Source: Burkholderiales bacterium (GTDB lineage Bacteria; Pseudomonadota; Gammaproteobacteria; Burkholderiales; Burkholderiaceae_C). Taken from it: a DNA stretch of 37,707 bases. This document shows, piece by piece, positions 9,138 to 17,538 of the stretch. Each line of letters starts with the position of its first letter. The first letter of the stretch is position 1. The notes beneath the pieces were generated by a model, which worked only from the letters and a program-made list of their open reading frames with translations, was not told the DNA's origin and did not search any database. The translations under genes and the position numbers were made by a program. The DNA is taken from the NCBI GenBank assembly GCA_038218895.1, contig JBBRJU010000001.1, forward strand, positions 1 through 37,707, in the 5' to 3' direction.

Positions 9138-11603
9138 GTGGTCCAGGTGGGTGTCCAGATCGTCGATGACCCGTCGCCTGCGGGTGACGGCATGCCAGCG
9201 ATGGACGTGCCCGTGTTCGTCGGCTTTGCAGCCAAGGGGCCGTTGCAGCGGCCGGTGGCGTTGGAGGATCCGAGCCAGTTTGAAGCCGTCTTTGGCCGAC
9301 CCCTGGCGCTGGTGTTGCCGGCCATGGGCACCCAGCCACTGGTCGCCCATTTGCACGCTGCCGTGTTCGGATTTTTCGCCAACGGCGGGCGACGCTGTCA
9401 CGTGATCCGGGTGGCTGCGCGCGGCGCTGCCGACTGGGGCGGGGCCGGCGCCAGCAGCGCCCGTTTTGCGCTGCCGCAGGTGTATCTGGCGCTGCGGGGT
9501 GCCATGGCTGCGCAGCTGCCGGTGCGCCCACCCCATGACACCAGCGCGTGGCGTGTGGCCGACGCGCCGCTGCAGCTGCGTGCCGCCAGCCCGGGCAGCT
9601 GGGCCGACCGCCTGGCGCTGGCCGCCCGCAGCCGCAGCCAGGCCCTGCATGCGGACGACGCCGTGGCCGTGGGCGACCTGCTGCGTGCCAGCTTGCCCGG
9701 GCCGGTGCTTGGCAACCGCAGCGGCTGGCTGCGCACCGACCGCGCCGGGCGCCTGGCGGATGTGCTGGCCGCCAGCCGCCTGGCCGACTGGATCTGGCCC
9801 GCCGGCGGTGCCAGCTTGGTCACGGCCGGTGACTGGCTGGTCGAGCGCGTGCTGGTCGACCTGGCGCTGCGCGATGCCGGCCAGTTGATGCTGCGCCGTG
9901 ACGCGTGCAGGCTGAGCGCGGGCGTCGGCAACCTGCCTTGGTGGGCACCCGATGCAGATGCCATGTTTGATGCAGACCCCGGCGCCACCAACGCCTGGCC
10001 GCTGGCCGGCTCCCCCTGGGCCTTGAGCGCCCCAGGCTTTGATGCCAGCTCGCCCGACTGGCTGCTGCTGCCACTGGGCTTGGGTGACGCCTTCGACGAC
10101 TGGCAGCCTGCGCTGCTCGACGGACGCGACGCGCTCGCCCGCAACGGGCTGGACCGTTTCGACGCCAGCCTGTTCATCGACCCCGCGCTGCGTCCGGGCC
10201 TGCGTGGCCAGGCCCTGCGCGCCTGGGCCGACGACATCCGCTTTTTGGGCAGCGCACCGCGCCGTCTGCAGGGCCTGCACGGCGCGCTGGGCCGTGACGA
10301 CGCCTGCGCGCATGAAGCCAGCTGGGTGCTGTTGCCTGATGCCATCCACCCCGGCTGGGTGTTGACCCCGCCGTTGCCCGATTGCAACGGCACGGTGCAA
10401 GCCGTGGCCGATCCGCCGTGTGACTGCCCGCCGCGTCACTTCGATGGTTGCGCGCCGCCGCCGCCTCGTCCGCCTCGTCCGCCGCGCATTGATTTTTATA
10501 TGCTCAGCCCCGTGCAGCTGCCCGCCGACCGGCCGTGGCAACTGCGCTTGCACGCTGCGACCGAGCTGCCACCGACAGCGGCCATCCGGCTTGAGGTGCA
10601 GCTGGCCAGCCAAGCTGATTTTTCTGACGCTGCGGTGTTGGTCGATGTCCTGCCGCCCCTGGCCGTGTCCCTGAGCCGGCCGGCTGGCGTGTATTGCATG
10701 CGCGCCCGGGCGCACCGGCTGGGCCTGCAAAGCGAGTGGAGCGCCGTCACCGTGCTCGATGTGCGCGGCGTGGCCTGGCAGGCGCTGCCGCCGCAGCCAG
10801 CGGACGGCGTGTGCGCGCAGGTGCACGCCGCGCTGCTCGACCTGTGCGCGGCCAGCCGCGAGCATGTCGCCTTGCTCAGTGCGCCGCCCGATTGGCCGGC
10901 CAGCACCCTGGCCCAGCATGTGCGCATGCTGCGCGCGCATGCCGCAGCAAGCGACCGCGACGCGGTGGCCGCCAGCGCCAGCTTCGCTGCGCTGTTCCAC
11001 CCCGGCGTGTTGCAGCGCGACGGCGACGGCACCTTGCGCCTGCACCCACCCGAGGGCTTGCTGGCTGGCCTGATGGCCCGCCGCAGCCGCAGCCAAGGCG
11101 CCTGGAGCGCGCCCGGCCTTGACCCCCTGGCCGGCGCGCTGCGCACCGAAGGCGCATTGACCGATGTGGCGCAAATCGAATTGCTGGGTGCCAACCCGCT
11201 GGCGCTGCGCGGCGCTGGCGTGTGCGCAATGCGCGCCGCCACGCTCAGCGAAGACCCCGACTGGAGCGCTCTCGGCGTGCGCCGCCTGTTCATCCTGCTG
11301 CGCCGCCTGGCCCGCCGCGAGGGCGAACGCTTTGCCTTCGAACCCAACGATGCGGCGCTGCGCCGCAGCCTGGAGCGCAGCTTCGACGCATTGCTGCAGC
11401 GCCTGATGCAGCGCGGCGCGTTTCGCGGCGTGGATGCCCAGAGCAGTTATGTACTGCGCACGGCCTCTGGCGCGGCCGCTGCCGGTGAGATCGAGCGCGG
11501 CGAGTGCAGCCTGTTGATCCAGGTGGCGCCATCGCGGCCGTTGCGCTTTCTCACGCTGCACCTGCTGCGCGCCGGTGAACAACTGGTGCTCGAGGAACGC
11601 TGA
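9138..11603 (+). CDS. Divergent sheath protein 2 (Afp4-like sheath initiator) with inserted domains
   Basis: DVPVFVGFAAKGP...FFANGGRRCHVIRV N-terminus and LGVRRLFILLRR...FAFEPND...VAPSRPLRFL C-terminus. Confidence 0.88.
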   Translation: MVQVGVQIVDDPSPAGDGMPAMDVPVFVGFAAKGPLQRPVALEDPSQFEAVFGRPLALVLPAMGTQPLVAHLHAAVFGFFANGGRRCHVIRVAARGAADWGGAGASSARFALPQVYLALRGAMAAQLPVRPPHDTSAWRVADAPLQLRAASPGSWADRLALAARSRSQALHADDAVAVGDLLRASLPGPVLGNRSGWLRTDRAGRLADVLAASRLADWIWPAGGASLVTAGDWLVERVLVDLALRDAGQLMLRRDACRLSAGVGNLPWWAPDADAMFDADPGATNAWPLAGSPWALSAPGFDASSPDWLLLPLGLGDAFDDWQPALLDGRDALARNGLDRFDASLFIDPALRPGLRGQALRAWADDIRFLGSAPRRLQGLHGALGRDDACAHEASWVLLPDAIHPGWVLTPPLPDCNGTVQAVADPPCDCPPRHFDGCAPPPPRPPRPPRIDFYMLSPVQLPADRPWQLRLHAATELPPTAAIRLEVQLASQADFSDAAVLVDVLPPLAVSLSRPAGVYCMRARAHRLGLQSEWSAVTVLDVRGVAWQALPPQPADGVCAQVHAALLDLCAASREHVALLSAPPDWPASTLAQHVRMLRAHAAASDRDAVAASASFAALFHPGVLQRDGDGTLRLHPPEGLLAGLMARRSRSQGAWSAPGLDPLAGALRTEGALTDVAQIELLGANPLALRGAGVCAMRAATLSEDPDWSALGVRRLFILLRRLARREGERFAFEPNDAALRRSLERSFDALLQRLMQRGAFRGVDAQSSYVLRTASGAAAAGEIERGECSLLIQVAPSRPLRFLTLHLLRAGEQLVLEER

Positions 11604-12094
11604 TGGCGACTGCGCCTGCCAGCCCCAACAAAGAGCGCCAGGCCATGCAGCCCTTCAGCGCGCTGAATTTCATCGTCGAAATCCTGCCCGACGGCGACAG
11701 CAAACCCCTGGCTGGCGCGGCGTTTTCTGACTGCGAGGGGCTTGAAGTGACCCAGGAAGTCAAGACTCTGCGCGAAGGTGGCAACCCCAACCGCGTGCAC
11801 CGCCTGGCCGGTCCGGTCAGCTACGGCCAGCTCACGCTCAAACGCGGCATCACCCACGGGCTGGATTTGTGGACCTGGTTCGACCGCAGCCTCGCCAATC
11901 CCGCCTTGCGCGCCGGCATCACCGTCAGCGTGCTGCGCCACGACCACAGCGAATGGGGCCGCTTCACGCTCAGCCGCTGCATCCCGGTCAAGTTGAAGGG
12001 GCCGACGCTGAACGCGCGCGACGGCAATGTGGCCATCGAGGAAATCCAGGTCGCCTACGAAACCTTCCGCTGGCAGGATTATTCAAATGCCTGA
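11603..12094 (+). CDS. Tail tube protein 2 (gp19-like, Afp5-like)
   Basis: FSDCEGLEV, LREGGNPN, LTLKRGI, GPTLNARDGNVAIEEI; TGATG coupling (alternative start ATG 11645). Confidence 0.94.
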   Translation: MATAPASPNKERQAMQPFSALNFIVEILPDGDSKPLAGAAFSDCEGLEVTQEVKTLREGGNPNRVHRLAGPVSYGQLTLKRGITHGLDLWTWFDRSLANPALRAGITVSVLRHDHSEWGRFTLSRCIPVKLKGPTLNARDGNVAIEEIQVAYETFRWQDYSNA

Positions 12095-12998
12095 GCTGCA
12101 GATTCAACATGCGCGGCTGATCGAGCTGAAGGGCGACCTCAGCGATGTGCAGCCCAATGGCAAAACCCTCGCGGTGCAGTTCAACCCCGAGTCGCTCAAG
12201 CTCAGCTACGCCAACCAGATTCAGGCGCAGCCGAACGGGGGCTCAGGTGGCGGCGCCGGGCGCAACCAGAGCCAGGGCAGCGCGGCCCGGCAGTTCGTGG
12301 GCACCGGCAGCACCAAGCTGGCGGTGCAGTTGTGGTTTGACGTGAGTGCGGCCACCAGCGCGCCCTTCATCGTTGACGACGTGCGCCGCATCACCGCCCA
12401 GGTGCTGTACTTCATCAAGCCCAAGCCAGCGGCCGCCGGCAGCCGCGATGCAGCCCAGCGCACGCCGCCGGGGCTGCGCTTTTCGTGGGGCAACTTCCTA
12501 TTCGACGGCATCGTGGAGTCGGTCGAGGAAAGCGTTGAATTCTTCAGTGCCAAGGGTGAGGCGCTGCGCGCCAGCATGACGCTGAACATGGTGCAACAAG
12601 ACATCCTGGTGCCCGACTTTTCACAGCGTGGCAGTGGCGCCATGATGGGTGCCCGGCCGCTGTGGTCGGCCGGCGGTGGGCAGGCCTTGCAGGCGCTGCA
12701 AGACAGTGCCTACAACGGCGCCACGCCGTCTGGCGCAGCGCAAGGCAGCGGTGCAGGGGGTACCGGCGGCGGGGGCGGCGGGGGTGGCGGCGGCGGTGGC
12801 GGTTTGGCCGGTAGCGTTGACACGGGCAGCGCAGCCAGCCGCGGCGTGCCGGCGGGCACGCTGCGCGGTGGCCCGGCGTTTCAGTCCGGCGGCTGGCAGC
12901 GGGTCGCGCTCGCCAATGGTGTGGAGAACCCGCGCGCTGTGCCGCCGGGGCAGCTGATCGATTTGTCGGCCACCACACCGCGCATCGTCAGCGGGTGA
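12087..12998 (+). CDS. Afp7-like tube initiator (CIS tube domain plus C-terminal LysM-like domain)
   Basis: VQFNPESLKLSY, PPGLRFSWG...F.A.G..LRA, and LysM-like WQRVALANGVENPRAVPPGQLI. ATG 12087 overlaps the end of the tube-2 gene. Confidence 0.88.
   Translation: MPELQIQHARLIELKGDLSDVQPNGKTLAVQFNPESLKLSYANQIQAQPNGGSGGGAGRNQSQGSAARQFVGTGSTKLAVQLWFDVSAATSAPFIVDDVRRITAQVLYFIKPKPAAAGSRDAAQRTPPGLRFSWGNFLFDGIVESVEESVEFFSAKGEALRASMTLNMVQQDILVPDFSQRGSGAMMGARPLWSAGGGQALQALQDSAYNGATPSGAAQGSGAGGTGGGGGGGGGGGGGLAGSVDTGSAASRGVPAGTLRGGPAFQSGGWQRVALANGVENPRAVPPGQLIDLSATTPRIVSG
12765..12803 (+). repeat. Poly-glycine (GGN)13 tract
   Basis: ggcggcgggggcggcgggggtggcggcggcggtggcggt within the Afp7-like gene. Confidence 0.9.
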
Positions 12999-13011
12999 AA
13001 GCCAGGCCACC

Positions 13012-13185
13012 ATGCCCGTCCTCATCGGTGAGATCGAGATCAGCCAGGCGCCCGCGCCGAGCAGCCCGCCGCCTGCCGCCGCACAAGCCGCGCCGGCCCA
13101 GCCGCTGGATGCCGCCCAGCTTGCTGCCGCGCAGCGCGTGCTGCAGGCCCAGCGCGCGCTGGCCCTGCGTGTTTTCTCCCATTGA
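13012..13185 (+). CDS. Small 57-aa eCIS protein (Afp6-like spike-plug candidate)
   Basis: Translated by hand: MPVLIGEIEISQAPAPSSPPPAAAQAAPAQPLDAAQLAAAQRVLQAQRALALRVFSH*. It fills the gap between Afp7 and gpD and is below the ORF-track cutoff. Confidence 0.72.
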   Translation: MPVLIGEIEISQAPAPSSPPPAAAQAAPAQPLDAAQLAAAQRVLQAQRALALRVFSH

Positions 13186-13194
13186 GCCCTGACC

Positions 13195-14271
13195 ATGCCC
13201 AACGCCCCGATGCCCCTGGCCAGCGCCCGGCCCAGTCTGGTGGTCGAAGGCCAGCTCGCGTCTGACCTGGCCGCGTCGCTGCAGCACATGGAAGTGCGCG
13301 AGCGCAGCGACGGCATGGCGCAGGCCCAGCTCGGTTTCGGCAACTGGGGCCTGCGGGACGGCGCGCCCGGCTACACCCTGTTCGGCCGCGACCGGCTGGA
13401 GTTCGGCAAGAAGATCGAAGTCAAGCTCGGCGACAGCCTGCTGTTCGCCGGCCGGGTGATGGCGTTGCAGGCGCTCTACCCGGTGGGCGGTGCAGGCGAG
13501 GCACAGCTGGTGGTGCAGCTGGAAGACCGGTTGCAAGACCTGCGCATGCAGCGCCGCAGCCGCAGCTTTGCGCAAATGAGTCTGGCCGACATCGCCCGCC
13601 AGATCGCGTCTGACCACGGCCTGCAGGCTGCGGTACAACTCAGCGGCCCTACCCACGCGGTGCTGGCCCAGGTCAACCAGAGTGACCTGGCCTTTTTGCG
13701 TGAGCGCGCCCGCAGCGCCGAGGCCGACCTGTGGGTCGAGGGCGACAGCCTGCACCTGGCCCCGCGCACGCAGCGTGGGGCTGAGCCGATTGCGCTGGAC
13801 TACGGTGGCACGCTGCTGTCCTTCGAGGTGCGTGCCGACCTGGCGCTGCAGCGCACCGCGCTGTCGGTCAGCGGCTGGAGCGTGGCCGACAAGCGGGCGC
13901 TCAAGGAAACAGCGCAGCCCAGCCTGCTCGATGCTGAACTCGACGGCGGGCAGGGCGGCGCCACGCTGCTGCAACAGGCCTTCGGCGCGCGGCCTGATGT
14001 GGTCGCCCACCTGAACCCGGCCAATGCCGACGAGGCCCGCAGCTTTGCAGAAAGCTGGTTCAAGCAGATCGGCCGCCGCTTTGTCGTTGGCCACGGTGTG
14101 GCCCAGCCCCATGCCGGGCTGCGGCCTGGCGCCAATGTCAAGCTTGCTGGGCTCGGCCCGTTGTTCAACGGGCAGTACGCGGTCAGCGCGGTATGCCATC
14201 GCTTTGATCTGGCCGAGGGTTTGCGCAGCGACTTCACGGTCGAGCGCGCCGCCATCGGCAGGGGCAGCTGA
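13195..14271 (+). CDS. Phage late control D / gp27-like baseplate hub (N-terminal half of split VgrG/Afp8)
   Basis: EDRLQDLRMQRRSRSF, QVNQSDLAFLRERA, LRPGANVKLAGLGPLFNGQYAVSAVCHRF. Confidence 0.93.
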   Translation: MPNAPMPLASARPSLVVEGQLASDLAASLQHMEVRERSDGMAQAQLGFGNWGLRDGAPGYTLFGRDRLEFGKKIEVKLGDSLLFAGRVMALQALYPVGGAGEAQLVVQLEDRLQDLRMQRRSRSFAQMSLADIARQIASDHGLQAAVQLSGPTHAVLAQVNQSDLAFLRERARSAEADLWVEGDSLHLAPRTQRGAEPIALDYGGTLLSFEVRADLALQRTALSVSGWSVADKRALKETAQPSLLDAELDGGQGGATLLQQAFGARPDVVAHLNPANADEARSFAESWFKQIGRRFVVGHGVAQPHAGLRPGANVKLAGLGPLFNGQYAVSAVCHRFDLAEGLRSDFTVERAAIGRGS

Positions 14272-14987
14272 TGTCACTCTTCGATCTCACGCCCGCCGAG
14301 GCGCTCTACGCCGACCGCCACCCGCAGGGCTGGGGCGGCCGCTGGTACGGCTGCCATGTCGGCCAGGTGCTCGACTTGGCTGACCCCGACGGCGTCGGCC
14401 GCGTCAAGGTGGCGCTGCCCTGGTCGCCTGACGGCAACGGCCAGCGCTTGGAGGTGTGGGCGCGCATGACGACGCTGTTCGCCGGCAAGGACCGCGGCAG
14501 CTGGTTCATGCCCGAAGTCGATGACGAGGTGCTGCTGGTCTTTCAAGGGGGCGACCCGAGCCACGCCTTCATCGTCGGCGGCCTGTGGAACGGCACCGAC
14601 ACGCCGCCCACAGCGGCCAGCGCGCAGAACAACAAAAAGATCATCAAGAGCCGCAGCGGCGTGGTCATCACCATCGACGACCAACAAGGCACCGAGAGCA
14701 TCAAGCTCGAAACCCCCGGCGGCTGCGCGTTCACGCTCAAAGACGGCCCGGGCAGCGTCGACATCGAAGACAGCAACGGCAACAGCATCAAGCTCGAAAC
14801 CGCAGGCATCACCATCAACGCCTCGGCCAAGGTCACCATCAACGCCAGCCAAGTGGCAGTGTCGGCCGGCATGGTGACGGTGGATGCCGGCATGTCGCGC
14901 TTCTCGGGTGTGGTGCAAGCCGACACGGTGATCACCAACACCATCATTGCGGCCACCTACACGCCAGGCGCGGGGAACATCCTATGA
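14271..14987 (+). CDS. Baseplate assembly protein V / gp5 OB-fold spike (C-terminal half of split VgrG)
   Basis: DPDGVGRVKV.LPW, WAR, GSWFMPEVDDEVLLVFQGGDP, GGLWNG, then beta-helix repeats ending YTPGAGNIL; TGATG coupling. Confidence 0.94.
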   Translation: MSLFDLTPAEALYADRHPQGWGGRWYGCHVGQVLDLADPDGVGRVKVALPWSPDGNGQRLEVWARMTTLFAGKDRGSWFMPEVDDEVLLVFQGGDPSHAFIVGGLWNGTDTPPTAASAQNNKKIIKSRSGVVITIDDQQGTESIKLETPGGCAFTLKDGPGSVDIEDSNGNSIKLETAGITINASAKVTINASQVAVSAGMVTVDAGMSRFSGVVQADTVITNTIIAATYTPGAGNIL

Positions 14988-15108
14988 AGCGCATCGCACT
15001 GCCATCGGCGGCCGGGCCGGGCCGCGTCCAAGCCAGACCAGGCCCGCTCGGCGGGTCAGCTGGCGCACGCGCCGGTCGCGGTTCACAAACGCGTTCGAGG
15101 AGCTTCGT

Positions 15109-17139
15109 GTGAGGAACCCTGGTCATACCTTGCGCTGGGTCGGTGCTGAAGCCTTTGTCGCCACGCCCACCCGTGTCTCGCCCGCCCTGCTGCGCTTTGA
15201 CAGCGACGACTTCATGGACCGCATGCTGGCCCTGCTGGCGGACACGCCGCAGCAGCTGCCGCAGCTGGTGGCCAAGCCCGAGAGCTGGCAAGACCTGGCC
15301 CCACCCACGCCGGCCCCGCCTCCGCCACCACCCCAGCAGCTTGGCCCGCTCCCCGCGCCAGCACAGGCGCTTGCCCGGCGCCGCGCGTTGCTGGGCTTTC
15401 GGCGTGCGGATCAACAGGCGGAAAGCCCGCCGAGCGACAGCCGCACCGCGCTCACCGTGGCGCCGGCGGCGCTGCGCGCCAAGGCCCCCGTGCTCAAGCT
15501 GTTTCAGCCGGTTCACCAGCGCTTTTACCTGGCCGCTGCCCACCTGGTGTGCGAGTTGCCGGGCCTGCCCACGCGCAGCACCAGCGGCGGCGACAAAAGC
15601 GGCATGCTGCTGCGCCGCCTGGTGCGCGACCCGCGCACCCGTGCGCCCACTGAATGCGCCTTCGTCAAGACGCCTGGCCAGCCCGGCCGCTGGGTGCCAC
15701 TGGCGCACAACGACACGGTGCTGCCGGGCGAGGACTGGCTGCCGCTCTTTCCACTTGCCTACGCGCCACCGGCTGGCCCGGCGCGGCGCTTGCTGGCGGG
15801 GCTGATTCCGGTGGCCCGGCACGACGAGTACCGGTTCGCCAGCCTCGGTCTCGCCGCAGCGCCAGCCTGGAGTCGCGCCGACGACTTGAAGGCCCTAGCG
15901 CGCATGAAGGTCATTGCGCCCTGGCAGGGCTTGATCGAACGGGCTGTGCTGGCACGTGACGCCACCGGTGGTGCGCAAAGCAACACGCCCTGGGCCGACA
16001 ACGCCACTGCGCGCAGCAACGCCGCCCGGCTGGCCTACGCCAACGCCAACAACCAGCTCCAGGAAGCCTCCTGGCGTCTGCTGCAAGACATCAGCGAGTT
16101 CCTGGCCGCTGCGCTGCCGGCGGTGTTTGCCAAGCTGGCCAGCGGCACCCTCGAAGGCCAGGCCGGCAAGCTGCTGCTGCTGCTGCAACAAGCGGTGTGG
16201 GGTGACCCGCAGCGCGACGCCGTGCAGGACTGGCTGTCCGACGATGTCAAGGTGCTGGCCCGCTCCACCGCGCCCAATCTGCGCCTGGCGCTGGCGGCCA
16301 TGGGCGGCGCGGGGCTGGGCGTGTCGGATGCACTCGACAACACCGAGCAGCCCTTTCCCAGCGGCAGCGGCTGGCCGGCGTTTTCTTTTCCGATGGTGGT
16401 GGCAACACCGGGTCCCGCTGTCGCCGGGCCTTTCACCGCCTGGGCCGCGCTGCCGCTGCTAGATGCAGCCGACCCGCAGGATGTGGCCCAGCGCCAACTC
16501 GAAACCCTGTTCGCCGCCTTGGGTGAAGCCATCGTCGAAGCCGTGACCCAAGGCCGCGCTGGCACCGGCATGGCCCAGGCCAGCCATGCCGCACGCCTGG
16601 CGGCCGAGCTGGAGGCCACGCTCAAGGCCGATACGGGCGCGCCGCGTTTCGTGCTGCGCTTTGTGCACCAGCGCTGTGACTGCGGGCCGCTGCACCCGCC
16701 GGTGCTGTCGGCGCCCAGCGAGCTGTTCGAGCTTGCCGGCTTCTTCGATACCGACGCGCCGCTGCGCCCGATCCGCATCGCGCTGCCGTTCGACACCTCG
16801 CCTGGCGGCCTGCGCAAGTTCGGCAAGAACAGCGCCTTCATCATGAGTGACCTGCTGTGCGGCCAGATGAAGCGGGTGCGCCGCCTGGGCTTTGGCGACC
16901 TGGTGCTGAGCGTGCTGCCCTGGCCGTTTCACAAAGACCTGGACGTGCGAGCGACAGCGCCTTGCAGCACAAGCCCGGGCAACACCTTCGGCACGATCTG
17001 CACGCTGTCGATTCCGATCATCACCATCGTGGCCTTCATCTTGCTGATCGTCATCGCCACGCTGCTCGACCTGATTTTTCGCTGGCTGCCGTTCCTGATG
17101 GCCTGCTTCCCGGTGCCGGGCTTGAAGGGGAAGAAATGA
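15109..17139 (+). CDS. Hypothetical 676-aa eCIS protein with long hydrophobic, putative transmembrane C-terminus
   Basis: GAGGAG (15097-15102) precedes GTG 15109. C-terminus ICTLSIPIITIVAFILLIVIATLLDLIFRWLPFLMACFPVPGLKGKK; ATGA coupling to gp25. Confidence 0.82.
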   Translation: MRNPGHTLRWVGAEAFVATPTRVSPALLRFDSDDFMDRMLALLADTPQQLPQLVAKPESWQDLAPPTPAPPPPPPQQLGPLPAPAQALARRRALLGFRRADQQAESPPSDSRTALTVAPAALRAKAPVLKLFQPVHQRFYLAAAHLVCELPGLPTRSTSGGDKSGMLLRRLVRDPRTRAPTECAFVKTPGQPGRWVPLAHNDTVLPGEDWLPLFPLAYAPPAGPARRLLAGLIPVARHDEYRFASLGLAAAPAWSRADDLKALARMKVIAPWQGLIERAVLARDATGGAQSNTPWADNATARSNAARLAYANANNQLQEASWRLLQDISEFLAAALPAVFAKLASGTLEGQAGKLLLLLQQAVWGDPQRDAVQDWLSDDVKVLARSTAPNLRLALAAMGGAGLGVSDALDNTEQPFPSGSGWPAFSFPMVVATPGPAVAGPFTAWAALPLLDAADPQDVAQRQLETLFAALGEAIVEAVTQGRAGTGMAQASHAARLAAELEATLKADTGAPRFVLRFVHQRCDCGPLHPPVLSAPSELFELAGFFDTDAPLRPIRIALPFDTSPGGLRKFGKNSAFIMSDLLCGQMKRVRRLGFGDLVLSVLPWPFHKDLDVRATAPCSTSPGNTFGTICTLSIPIITIVAFILLIVIATLLDLIFRWLPFLMACFPVPGLKGKK

Positions 17140-17537
17140 ACGACGAAGCCTCCCTCTATGGCCGTGGTGTCGCCTTCCCGCCCCGGCTCACACCCGAAGG
17201 CAGGCTGGCCTGGTCCAGCGGCGAGGCGAACGTGCGCGAGTCGATCCGCATCCTGCTGCTCACCGCCCAAGGTGAACGCCTGCGCCGGCCCGATTACGGC
17301 GCCGGGCTGGAGCGTTTTCTGTTCGAGCCCAACAACCCCGGCACCTGGCGTGCGATTGAAGAAACCATCCGCCGCCAGCTGGCGCGGTGGGAGCCACGGG
17401 TCAACGTCGAGTCGGTCACGGTGACCGCCGACCCCGACAACGCCGAAGCCGCCACCGCGACGCTGGCCTTCACGCTGGTGGCCACCGGCCAGACGGGCCG
17501 CACGACCTTGAGCATCCCCGTCACCGGCAGGAACTGA
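17136..17537 (+). CDS. GPW/gp25-family baseplate protein (Afp9-like)
   Basis: YGRGVAFPP, ESIRILLLTAQGERLRRPDYGAGL, LARWEPRVNV; ATG 17136. Confidence 0.95.
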   Translation: MNDEASLYGRGVAFPPRLTPEGRLAWSSGEANVRESIRILLLTAQGERLRRPDYGAGLERFLFEPNNPGTWRAIEETIRRQLARWEPRVNVESVTVTADPDNAEAATATLAFTLVATGQTGRTTLSIPVTGRN

Positions 17538-17538
17538 C

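Noticed and set aside
14984-15112. 42-aa ORF after the spike as a PAAR protein or real gene
   Set aside because: It overlaps both neighbours neatly but is low-complexity Gly/Arg/Pro, with no PAAR motif or metal ligands. Coding status is unsupported.
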